Assembly: GCA_976551045.1 (NCBI GenBank)
Contig: CDPCPM010000107.1
Location: 7,316,001-7,380,000 of the forward strand
DNA length: 64,000 bases
Direction: 5' to 3'
From: Glaucostegus cemiculus
Taxonomy: Eukaryota
Shown: positions 37,854 through 49,080 of the stretch, in pieces
Numbering within the stretch: position 1 is the stretch's first letter
How the letters are laid out: each line of letters opens with the position of its first letter
The notes under the pieces: generated by a model
Database searches by the model: none
Told to the model about the DNA's origin: nothing
Seen by the model: the letters and a program-made list of their open reading frames with translations, nothing else
Made by a program: the position numbers and the translations under genes

Positions 37854-38690
37854 ACTGTAGGGGGAATAAAGATCGTAGGTCAAAGCCTTTTAATTTCTGG
37901 ATGCAATTAGCATTGCACAAGGTTTATGGCACATGCAAATGATGCAGGGGAGGAATGACATCTGGGGTATGTTAAATCACACCCCAATTTGTGCAGTTCG
38001 ATTTCCCACTGGCCTAGAACAGAAAATTGGCACAAACACTTCAAGACATCTGCAGAACAATATTTAGGTACGACTTTCACAAAAGAAGCACAATGGGTCC
38101 AATTCCTAGCCATTTATCATTTGATAGCCAATGAGTTTTTCTGCTTTGAATTCAAGGCTCTTCCAAGGCAGGAGAAAACTTCCAGTAAAGCTAAGATATT
38201 GGTTACACAATTGTATCATTCTGGGATTAAATCCACAGGAAATTACAAGCAGGATAACAACCAGACTGGATCCACTTCAGATCAGTCAACCAAAGAATTA
38301 CATATCCACTCCACTAGATGGTGCAACTGCATTAGAAAATTGGAGTGTTGTGTATCAGGCTGGTCTCAGGGTTATCAAGTTGAACTTATTGTCATATGCA
38401 CGAGTACGGTGAGGTACAGGTACAATCAAAAACTTACTTGCAGCAGCATGACAAGCATGCAGATTCAGAAAATAGAATGTAAATTATACATAAAGTTATT
38501 TAAGACAATGAAGAAAAAGATTGTACACAACAAGGCATTAGTGCAAAAAAAAACACCATGCCTACCCCCAGAGTAATTCATGTCTAAAGCAGTGGGCCTG
38601 GGGGCAAAATCAACTTTCTGCGATTAAAGTGAGCTCCCTCAAAAAAAATGCGGCTTCAATTAAATAACTGAATGAATATGAAGTCACTTG

Positions 38691-38825
38691 AGCCCTGAAG
38701 AAGGGGCCTGGCCCGAAATACTGACTGCCTGCTTTTCTCCACAGATGCTGCCTTGCCTGCTGAGTTCCTCCAGCATCAACATGTTTTTCATCTAGATTCC
38801 AGTGTCTGCAGTCCTTTGTTTCTTT
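38691..38825 (+). mobile_element. Penelope pLTR fragment with hammerhead core
   Basis: CTGAAGA AGGGGCCTGGCCC GAAA, then CACAGATGCTGCCTTGCCTGCTGAGTTCCTCCAGCA. Confidence 0.7.
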
Positions 38826-39691
38826 ATGAAGTTACTTCATATCTCTTTTGCTCTGGAAACTAAAGTTAGCCAATGCAAAAAAGGTGAAATTAAAAAGAGA
38901 AAACCCATTTCTATATTGCTGATTCCTGTGGTCATTACCAAAGATTTTACAAACTGGCTTTACATAAAGATACGGTCTCAATGCATATAAGTAGGATTTG
39001 CGTAGATGGGCAGAAATAGTTGTCATGGGCATAGCGGGCTGACAAGCCAGTTTCTGTAGCAAAAAAACAAATTGTTGGAGGAACTCAGCGAGTCAGGAAG
39101 CATCTGTGACGTCAAAGGGATAGTTGAGATCCTGCATCTGGATTGGGAGTGTAGCTGGGAGGTCACCAGTGTAAAGATGAGGGGTACGGGTAAGGCAGGA
39201 GCTGACAGGCGATAGGTGGAACCAGTTGAGGAAGGACTGGTGGGCTGTATAACTTTGTGACCCTTGTTTCTCCTCCCTTAAATGCTTCATAGCAGCCAAC
39301 TTGAGTTGGATTTTGCATTTCTGGAAAAATATAACTAATCTTCCGGGGACTGCAAAATACAACTCAAGTACAATTTTGTTGAAGGAAAGAAGGCAATATT
39401 ATCTTTCTTCCGTAGGCTGATTAGTAGAATTTAAGATCTTCACAAAAATACAGATGCAAGAGTTTCTCTTCCACTTGGCAAAGACAATGAATAGTGGAAG
39501 CTTTGGGCCTCTACAATTCTTGTTAAATTGTTTGCTTTCTGATGGTTGCATTTTGAGGGGGGGGGGCGGGGAGGAATTGAATAAGAAGAGTTATGGTTGG
39601 GATGTGTGCATTGCTGGCAAGGCCTGCAGTTATTGCCCATTCTAGATTCCTTTTGGGAAGCTAGCAGTCAGCTATCGTCTTGATAAGATAT

Positions 39692-40800
39692 AATCAGAAT
39701 CAGAATCAGTTTTTTTTTGTCACAACCATATACATACATAGTATGCATAGGAGCGAGATACCGTCCTCCTCAGGTCCTCATCCCATAAAATAACATAACA
39801 ACCAACAGAGACACACATACACAATTGACAGAATAAACATTACAAAACATTAGACATTAAAAGCTACGGAAGTTAAAATTAAATTAGTACGCAGATTAAA
39901 TTAAAAATGGCCGGTAAATAAATAAATAGTTATTAAAGTGAACGGGCTGGTGTCGGGCATTTAAAGTGCTGGTGCATTTCTATGCACCTAGCACCTCTTA
40001 GTGTTAACAGAGGAAGATGGAGGGATGAGAGAGTTTGCAGTTCTGATGGCTTGCGGAAAGAAGCTATTGTTCAGCCTGGTCGTTCTTGCCCTGATACATT
40101 TAAGCCTCCTCCCTGATGGCAAAATTGTGAAGAGGTGGTGGGAGGGGTGAGAAGGGTCGGCCATTATGCTTTTGGTCTTCCTCACACAATGGTCTTTGTA
40201 TATGTCTGCGAGGGATAGAAGTGAGACACCTATGATCCACTCCCCAGCCCTAACTATCTTCTGGAGGGACTTCCGCCCAGCAGCTGAGCAGCTTCCAAAC
40301 CAAACAGTGATACATTGAGTTAGGATGCTCTCAATGGTCCCCCTATAGAAGGTTTTCATGACGGAGGGATGGGGGTTCGCTTTCCTCAGTCTCCGCAGGA
40401 AGTAGAGGCGTTTCTGAGCTTTCTTCGTGAGGGCCGTAATGTTAGTGGACCAGGTCAGGTCGTCGGTGATGTGCACCCCCAGGAACTTGGTGCTGCGTAC
40501 TTGTTCCACAGCAGACCTGTTGATGGTCAGCGGGGCGTGCACACGGTGACCCCTCCTAAAATCCACTATCATCTCCTTGGTTTTATCCACATTCAAGGAG
40601 AGGTTGTTGTCATGGCACCACATGGCTAGTTGTTTCACCTCCTCTCTGTAGTCCGACTCATCGTCATTCGTGACAAGACCCACCACTGTCGTGTCATCGG
40701 CAAATTTAACAATGCGGTTGGAGCTGGATCTGGCCTCACAGTCGTGAGTCAACAAGGTGAACAGGAGCGGACTGAGCACACAACCCTGTGGGAAGCCAGT
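39692..40800 (-). mobile_element. Young 5'-truncated Rex1/Babar-type LINE (RT plus DUF1891-like C-terminus)
   Basis: Open 263-aa frame PQGCVLSPLLFTL..KFADDTTVVGL..KTKEMIVDFRR..RLYFLRRLRKA..SGRR..SFFPQAIR; (CTGATT)n tail. Confidence 0.9.
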
Positions 40801-40884
40801 ATCTTAAGGTATCTTAATTAATAATAAGGTACCTTATTAAGATACCTTATTATATAAGATACCTTATTAAGTAATAAGGTATCT

Positions 40885-41172
40885 TAATTAGTCACATATA
40901 TATCAAAACACACAGTGAAATGCAGGTTTTGCGTAGAGAGTGTTCTGGGGGCAGCCCGCAAGTGTCGCCACGTTTCCGGTGCCAACATAGCATGCCCACA
41001 ACTTCCTAACCCGTATGTCTTTGGAATGTGGGAGGAAACCGGAGCACCTGTAGGAAACCCATGCGGACATGGGGAGAACATACAAACTCCTTACAGACAG
41101 CGGTTAGAATTGAACCTGGATCGCTGGTGCTGTAATAGAGTTACGCTAACTGCTACACTAACATGCCTACCC
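40885..41172 (-). mobile_element. V-SINE
   Basis: Reverse-complement copy of the 22357 family. Confidence 0.9.
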
Positions 41173-41414
41173 ATACACTACCAAGCCTACTTTGTTGTGG
41201 ATTTACTCCCATCGTGTTTTTAGGAAGGAAGTTCCAGAATTCTGTCTGGGCAACGATGAAAGAATAGCTGATATTTTTTCTGGTCAGGATGATTGGGGCT
41301 TTGAAGTTGAAGCAGTAGGTGGGTGGTGTTCCCTTTCTTGGCTGCCCCTGATGTCACAGGTTTACAACATGCTGCTGAAGAAGCCTTAAAAAAGCGCTAC
41401 TGTTCAACTTGAAG

Positions 41415-41745
41415 GCAGTGCAGTGGAGCAGCAGTTAGTGCTGCTGCTTCACGGCTACAGGTACACAGGCTCGATCCTGACCTCAGGTGCTACCCGTGCG
41501 GAATTTGCACATTCTCCAGTAGCTGTGCAGGTTTCCATGCAGTGCTCTGGCTTCCCCCCACATCCCCAAGGTGCGCTGGCTGGTTAATTGGCTATTGTAA
41601 ATTACCCCCGGTGTACGTCAATGGCAAAAGAATAAAAGGGGAGTTGATGGACAGATGTGACAGGGAAATAAGGAGAGCTGGAATGCGACTGCTCTTCTTG
41701 GAGTCATCGTGGATTCAATGAGCCAAATGGCTTCCTTCTGTATCA
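41415..41745 (+). mobile_element. HE1-type SINE
   Basis: tRNA-like head (GGCTCGATCCTG), degenerate V-domain, GGTTAATTGGCTATTGTAAATTACCC. Confidence 0.65.
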
Positions 41746-41909
41746 TTATCTATGACTTCCCTTGAATTTTCCCAACATTCAGTATCTCTCGGCCCCAGAG
41801 CCAGTGACAAAAATTGTCGGAATCTAGGACAGGAATCTTGGGAGTACTTGGAAAATATGCCATTTCTTTGTGGTAAGTAGGTGTGAATTATCGGTGGATG
41901 ATGTACAAG

Positions 41910-42190
41910 AACCATAGAACAATACAGCACAAAACAGGCCCTTCGGCCCACCAAGTTGTGCCATCCTTCAAACATCTCACAATCTAACTCTTTCCTCCCA
42001 CATATCCTACTATTCCACATTCTTCCATGTGTGCCTATCTAACAATCTCGAACCTGTCCAACGTATCTGCCTCTACTACCACCCCAGGCAGCGCATTCCA
42101 TGCGCCAACCACTCTCTGGGTGAAAAACTTCCCTCTGACATCTCCCCTAAACTTTCTACCCAATATCTTAAAGCCATGCCCTCTCGTCTT
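41910..42190 (-). mobile_element. CR1 3' fragment
   Basis: CCATAGAACAATACAGCACAAAACAGGCCCTTCGGCCC tail and reverse 3' UTR. Confidence 0.8.
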
Positions 42191-43849
42191 GTGCACCTGC
42201 ACTCTCAAGCAGTTTATCAGGGAACTTTTTAAGTGGATAAATTGCCTGGAAATTTACGAGTGGTGTTGGTGCTAAATGCCGTATACAGTCAGGCCAGTAT
42301 AACATGCTCTGCTTCTGAACTTTATTCCAAGGACTTCAGCTGAATGAATTTCAGAGGCAGCACCCAACACAATTACGTCATGGCAGTGATGTTCTAGGGA
42401 CACGAGTTAAATGAGAAACGATACCGTGGATGATGGATGGAACGCATGGTATTGGGGGAAAATTCAATGCCAAGTCTACACACGTCCTCAAGCAGCAAGA
42501 GGTGCTGGGGCAGGGACACCAGATTCGACTGGCTTCCCTGCCTGTCACCTGGAGAACAGAGGCCAATGTACAATGTTCCCAATTCTGTCCCAGTCGAGAT
42601 CAAGTAGCAAACCACAGGCCATGTGCTATAATTAAGCCTGCTATTCATTCCTTGGAGTCCCAATAAAACCCAGTGCTGGGTGTCACTGTAAGAGTGTGGG
42701 TTGGAATAGCCTTTAAAGTATTGAACCACCCTACCAGCAGACAGAAGACATTGGCATCAAGCTGGTCTGAGTGCAGCAAGCTAAGATGTGCACAGTGATA
42801 TTATAGATTGACATGCAAAGTGAATTATGACAAACTGAAGGATGTTCAGCTTGGGACGGGTACAATAGCCACACAGTATATGTTGCTCCCATGTAGAGAA
42901 TGCTGATTCAGTCAAAACAAGGTGTTTATGTGGTTGAGTTCAAGTGCATAATGCCCTGAGTTCCAGTGCCACTCCAGGTAAACTGGGCTGACACGTCCAT
43001 GAACACAAGTGAGAGTCAGGTGCAACTGATCAAAGGAGAAACGAAACTGAGGTCCAGGCTAGCCATTTCAGGTGTAGAGGGAGCACTAGTTGACAGGATT
43101 TGAGTGGCAGTAGAATCTCATTGTCCATCAAACTACAGCTTTCTCTCAACCATTGTAAACAAGATCATATCAATTAGTCATACCAGTCATATGCTCTTTC
43201 TAGGCCCACACTATTGGTCAATTAGCTGCAGTCACTTGCCGACAACTGAACAAAAAATAAAAATGTTGAAACTGTTTGTGGGTTATGAAGTCTTTCAGTA
43301 AACTCCGAGAGTTTGATAAAATAAGATTAATCCATGCTCCTCACCACAACAGCTCTATTTTTCAAACGTTTTAACCCTAAAACGGATGTATATGAGACAT
43401 CAAGAATTAAGTTTTACTTCAGAAAAACGGGAACAATTTGTTCCCAAAATTACTGTTTGTACTGATTTATCGTAGATAAAACATGGAGTCCAGTTTGTGA
43501 CAAAGCAACTGACCATGATATAAATGTCCAGATAATGTCTGGCATACAATAAAGTTACACTTTATGAAGATACTGAACATACAGTTCTCAGAAACACAGC
43601 AACATTGTGGTACTGTACATCCGCCTCAGCTTTTGAATCATTGACAACTATCTTAATAAGCAAGTGAAAATAGGATCCAATTAACATATTTAAATGACAT
43701 CTACCAAGGATGTTATTCTTGATGCAAATAACTTATAAAGGACAGCACTGGGAAAACTCATTTTCTAATTAACCCAACTGATTTAAGCTAAGAATTTCAG
43801 TTTAGCACCTGTACACAAGAGAATGTAAGGCTCTATTTCACAAAAAGCA

Positions 43850-44320
43850 TGGGAATTATCACTGGGGTCCTAGCAAATATTTATCCCTCAATTAATAAAC
43901 AGCAAACCATATTTTCTGGTCATTAGCACGTTGCTTTTTTGTAGGAGCTTGCTGTGTGCAAATTGGCTGTCATGCTTCCTGCGGCTCCAGTGACCAGGGT
44001 TCAGTCCTTGCCTCTGATGCTACCCGTGCAGAGTTTGCAGTTTCCTCCCACGGCCCAAAGACGTGCGAGCTGCAGGTTATTTGCCTGCTGAAAGTTGCCC
44101 CAAGCGTAGCTTTGCGGCAAGAGAATCAGAAGGGGAGTTGACGGGATTGCGAGAAGAAAGCAGGGTGTAGTGTAGACAGGTGATCGGCACCAATGAGGTG
44201 GATCGAAAAGCCTGTTTCTGTTGCTCTACGACTTATGACTCAATGACAATGACTTTATCTCAAAATTACTCCATGGGTTGCAGAACATTTTGAAACAACC
44301 CGGGGCTATGGAGGAAACAT
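43850..44320 (+). mobile_element. Ancient Deu-domain SINE (SacSINE1/AmnSINE1-like) split by an HE1-type SINE (~43979-44240)
   Basis: GTCCTAGCAAATATTTATCCCTCAA...CTGGTCATTAGCACGTTGCT...GAGCTTGCTGTGTGCAAATTGGCTG matches the recalled Deu domain; resumes at ~44243. Confidence 0.6.
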
Positions 44321-44877
44321 CTTCCTCTCTATTTATAATCCCGGTTCTTTTCCAGACATCTGAAATTTAGTCTGATTAAGGTACTTTGCTGATCCTTAGT
44401 GTCTCTTTGGAGTTCTCAATAGCTGAGCTGATCTCAGCCTTTCCTGCTTGTTGCGAATGATTTGTGTAATTCCAATGCAAGTTGTGATTGCAATAAACTA
44501 TTTATCAGCAATGCAAATCTCCTTCGTAAAGAAACAGTAGTTTTGAAAGATCCCTCCCACCCTCCCCCAATTAATTATACATAGGAGTCATTTCTACCAG
44601 TTAGCAAGAGAATGGAAATAAACTTAACATATACACACATTATCTGAATAATAGTTTCAAAAGGCAGGGACAACATTAGCTTTAGTATTATATGCGGAGG
44701 ATGTTGAGGCTGCATTATTGCATAACATTGTGGTTGAACATTTTGTTTTGCCTTGCAGTAAATATCTGACAATGTTATGAAGGTAAGAAAGAGATTAAAG
44801 ATGATCCACATTATGGGTTCAAGAATGCATAAGAAACCATAAAGGTCTACAGGTACGAAGGCCCTCTAGCAGCGTAC

Positions 44878-44993
44878 CTGGCTCTCGAGTGACATCTATC
44901 TTTCCCACGTGGACGCCAAGTTCCCCACAGGACTTTCCAAGGTCTTCCCAGTCAGCCTGGATTTGCTTGCATGCTGGACACCAGGGGGCATGG
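44878..44993 (-). CDS. TMX4: TMX4 exon 2 (116 bp), containing the CXXC active site
   Basis: TTCTGCAG|C CAT...CCA G|GTACGC; HAPWCPACKQIQADWEDLGKSCGELGVHVGKIDVTREPG. Confidence 0.96.
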
Positions 44994-45646
44994 CTGCAGA
45001 AGTGAAAGGAAAGCAAAACAAAACAGTTCGCAACTGGAATTTTATTCAACCAAACGGTCAGGCCTTGGCAGAAGTTAAAGAATTTTAACACAAACTTTGC
45101 TTCTCTGCTTCTGCCACAAGTGAAAAAGACGGCGTTGTGTGTAGGCTGTTCCGTGCCCTCCCTCCATCTCAAAGTACAACCTCCTTATGACAGTTGATGT
45201 ATAACATGCTTCATGCTTCCCCCCACCCCCCAATGAGCCCCCTGCTCATTCACTGGCAAGCCAATGTGTTAATATCAAAAAAACTCCACTGAACCTTCAT
45301 TAGTCCCTTTAGTCTAATTGCCCCCAATGCACTTATGGTGCGACATTATTTTTACCAAATCTCCCATCTCAATCTTCACAATAAACCCTTGAGTGCAATA
45401 ATGTGCAAAGCCACCAGCATCCTTTATATCACACCCTTTATGCCAACAGGAAGAACTTCATTAACCATTGGTTATATTTGAATCCTGGCTCCAAATAGGA
45501 AAGCTATGATCCAACCCAGTTCCCCACTTAGTTTTAAGCAATAGTGAAGAATTGTGTTTATGAAATACCTATCATATCCTCAAGATTTCCAAAGTGTTCT
45601 GCATCCAATAAAGTGCTCTAATGTAGAAAGCACAGCAGCGAACTGA

Positions 45647-45940
45647 CTGGCACAGTGGTGCAGCTAGTAGAGCTGCTACCTCACAGCTCCAGTGATACAG
45701 ATTCAATCCTGACCACCGCCTGTATGGAGTTTGCACAGGTTCCAATTTTCTCCCACATCCCAAAATCTTCCGGGCTAGGAGATTAATTGTCCACTGTAAA
45801 TTGCCCCAAGTATAGCTTGGTGGTAGAATTAATTGGCACATAGGGAGAATAGACTATAGGGAAGATTAGTGGGCTAACATAATTGTTCCATGAGCCAGCA
45901 TAGATTCAAGGGGCCAAATGGCCTCCTTTTATGCCATAAA
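45647..45940 (+). mobile_element. HE1-type SINE
   Basis: GGCACAGTGGTGCAGCTAGTAGAGC head, GGAGTTTGCAC, GGCCAAATGGCCTCC tail. Confidence 0.7.
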
Positions 45941-46339
45941 GAAATATAATATAAAATATATAACACAGCAAATTCTCAGACTTAGAAGTCACGATGACCA
46001 ATAAAAACATTGTAGTACCTCGAGTGATAAATATTGGCCACCACAAGTGCTTTGGCAGCTTTTAAATCCACTTGAGGGAGCAAATAGGGGCTGCGCCTAA
46101 CGTAGGATTGACACCTCCGGTAGGGCAGTGTATCTGTCTTCCAGCATCTGTACCAGCCTGGAACGTGGTCACAGAGAAACACGGCACAGAGACAGTCTCT
46201 TTGGCCCAGTGAGCCCACACCAAGTTGCCATTTACACCAATCCTACACTAGTCCCACTTTATTCTTTCCTCAACCATATTAATCCCACCACTCCCCCGCC
46301 CCCCCCAACCTTAGATTCTATCACCTACTACAAAAAAAT

Positions 46340-47045
46340 ACAGCATGCAGTTCCGTTGGACACATTACAGAAAGGATGTGGAGGTTCGGAGAAGGTGCAG
46401 AAGAGGCTCACCAGGATGTTGCCTGGATTTGGGTGCATTAGCTACAAGGAGAAGTTGGACAACTTGGATCATTTTCTCTAGAATGTTGGAGGAGAAAATT
46501 ATGAGAGGCATAGACAGGGAAGATTGTCAGAGCCTTCTTCCCCATGGTGGAAATGCCAAATACTAGGGGGCATAGCTTTAAGACGAAACGGGGAAAATTT
46601 AAAGGAGATAAGCAGGTTAAGTTATTTTTTTTAAACATAGATTGATGGGCACCTGGGATGCCATCCTAGGGAATGGTAGAATCAGTTATCATAGTAACAT
46701 TTAAGAGGCATTTAGACAGGCACATGAACAGTCAGCAAAAGGAGGGATACAGACCAGGCAGATGAGATTAGTTAGATTGGCATCAAGGTCAGCCGAGACA
46801 TGGTGGGCTGAAGGGCCTGTTCCTGTGCTATATTCCTCTATGTTCTATGTATACTTCGGGCAAATTACAGTGGTCAATTAACCTATCAACCCACGCACCT
46901 TTGATGATGTGGGAGGAAACCGGAGCATCTAAAGGAATCCCACACGGTCACAGGGAGAACGTGCAAACTCCACACAGATGGCCACACAAGTCAGGATTGA
47001 ACCCACGTCCCTGGAGTTGAGAGGCAGCGGCTCTACCAGCCCGCT
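46340..47045. mobile_element. CR1 3' fragment (+, 46340-46850) nested in an HE1/V-SINE (-)
   Basis: HYRKDVE..EKVQKRLTRMLPG; CTATGTTCTATG tail; reverse V-domain at 46905-47040. Confidence 0.75.
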
Positions 47046-48325
47046 GCCTTCTGGCGCAGAGGATGATCCCTGCTGAGCCACACCCATGATGCAGTTTAAG
47101 AAGCAGCAAACATTTGATGGTGCAATGGAACTTAAAACACCAAGGAACTGCATTTACACTGGAATTACTTCAGTGTGGATGGTTCATTTTTATGAACTCA
47201 GCACATAACCCACAGTACAAGTCCCAAGAGTAGAAAAACAGCAGACACTTGGTTTAAATATAAACATTTTGTTCATCCTTCCACTTTAGCAACCATGATC
47301 TTGTCCAATGGAATGTACCAGCTCTTGTTCTCGGTGCGATCTGTACATGCAAAACCTAGTGCGTGGGCAGCCAATGCAACAGATGACTTTGTGCAACTTT
47401 TGTTGTACAACAAATGAAGGGCAGTTGAAAAAAAAACACTTTAAAAGAAGTGCCAAAGGTGAACAGTGTCTGGATGGGACAGCAAGGGGCTGCAAGTGTC
47501 GTGGACACACTGTCCACAATTAAAAGCGCAGTCAGGAGTGACATGCTTCAAAGAGAAATTAAAGGGATAAAAAGTATTGAGAATAAATTTAATGCACTTT
47601 GCAATTCCATTAGTTCCTTCTGTGGATCCCCAGTTCAAAGAATTAGAAATCAATTTAGTCCATTACTTGATACCCTTAGTTCGTTCCGGTGCTTGTACAG
47701 AGAGCAGTTAAATTAAGGGAACAACACTGTGGTGCACCGGTAATGTCTAATAACTGATTAATCCTTGCCAAGATACTTTATAAGCCCAACCCTTACCCAA
47801 ACCCTAAAGCAGGATCAAAAAAGGTTAGAATACTTCCTTTAAAAAGTAGCTAACAACTTTTCACCACAAAATTAAGAGTTAAATCTCCAACTGTGCTTAT
47901 GATTGATTTTCCAGTGTATTCTGTACCTACCACATTCCTCTCTTCTCCAGTGATTCACCCACCACTCCCCTTGGCTGGTACTTGAAGTGGCAGAGGTCTA
48001 GCTTTCTTCTAACAATTCCAGAATGAGGGAGGCAGCTAGCGAACAATTTCCACGCTTCTTGACTGGGGTATGCCACAGACTAAACTGTACTGCCTCTCAT
48101 GCCACCACTAACCACAGCACATGCAGTACATGGGGAAGGAGGCATGGAATGGGCATGTGTGCAGGAGCATCCACAAGCTCAACCTAGCATCTTGTTCAAG
48201 GTGACACCACAGCAGAGTTTGGGGGTGGAGGAGAGAACTGTAGGAGACAGGCACCTTCTTACAAAGCAGCAGAGAGAAACCAAGCCTAAGAATGATCTAC
48301 AAATAGCTCAGAGAAAAGGCATGAC

Positions 48326-48828
48326 ATCAGAATCAGAATCAGTTTTATTGTCACAACCATATACATACATAGTATACATAGGAGCGAGATACCGTCCTCC
48401 TCAGGTGCTCGTCCCATAAAATAACATAACAACCAACAGAGACACACATACACAATTGACAGAATAAACATTACAAAACATTAGACATTAAAAGCTATGG
48501 AAGTTAAAATTAAATTAGTACGCAGATTAAATTAAAAATGGCCAGTAAATAAATAAATAGTTATTAAAGTGAACGGGCTGGTGTCGGGCATTTAAAGTGC
48601 TGGTGCATTTCTATGCACCTAGCATCTCTTAGTGTTAACAAAGGAAGATGGAGGGATGAGAGAGTTTGCAGTTCTGATGGCTTGCGGAAAGAAGCTATTG
48701 ATCAGCCTGGTCGTTCTTGCCCTGATACATTTAAGCCTCCTCCCTGATGGCAAAATTGTGAAGAGATGGTGGGAGGGGTGAGAAGAGTCGGCCATTATGC
48801 TTTTGGTCTTCCTCACACAACGGTCTTT
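48326..48828 (-). mobile_element. Second, shorter copy of the Rex1/Babar-type LINE
   Basis: About 11 substitutions plus a T-run difference versus 39692-40197; same (CTGATT)n tail. Confidence 0.93.
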
Positions 48829-49080
48829 TGGCTGCAGGAAGTATATGACCTTCAACCACATTCAACAACAGTAATCACTTGTCTATATCTCTGTAGCCAG
48901 CCATGATCTCAATGATTCACCAATTCTGCTCATGATTTTCTTTGCTTCATCATGGGTGGGCCTTCCTTCAACTGCTAGAAGTTACACCCACATCAAGGAC
49001 TCTGGACTCCCAAATCAGGACAATGACAATTACACCCGGCTCGCAATGAAAAACAACAGAAGAGAACATCTCCATCAGGC

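Noticed and set aside
37989-38576. 195-aa plus-strand ORF
   Set aside because: Non-ATG start, runs through a reversed repeat fragment and has no recognisable motifs.
38691-38726. Active hammerhead ribozyme
   Set aside because: CUGAAGA and GAAA are intact, but the ACGU palindrome, the U before the cleavage site and one helix I pair are lost.
20164-44993. Calling the gene TMX1 because of CPAC
   Set aside because: MSGMAGLF, GWKSPSS, HAKEG, the long acidic tail and adjacency to HAO1 favour TMX4.
47270-47345. Possible cryptic minus-strand exon after TTTTGCATGTACAG
   Set aside because: No recognisable protein in any frame and no good donor site.
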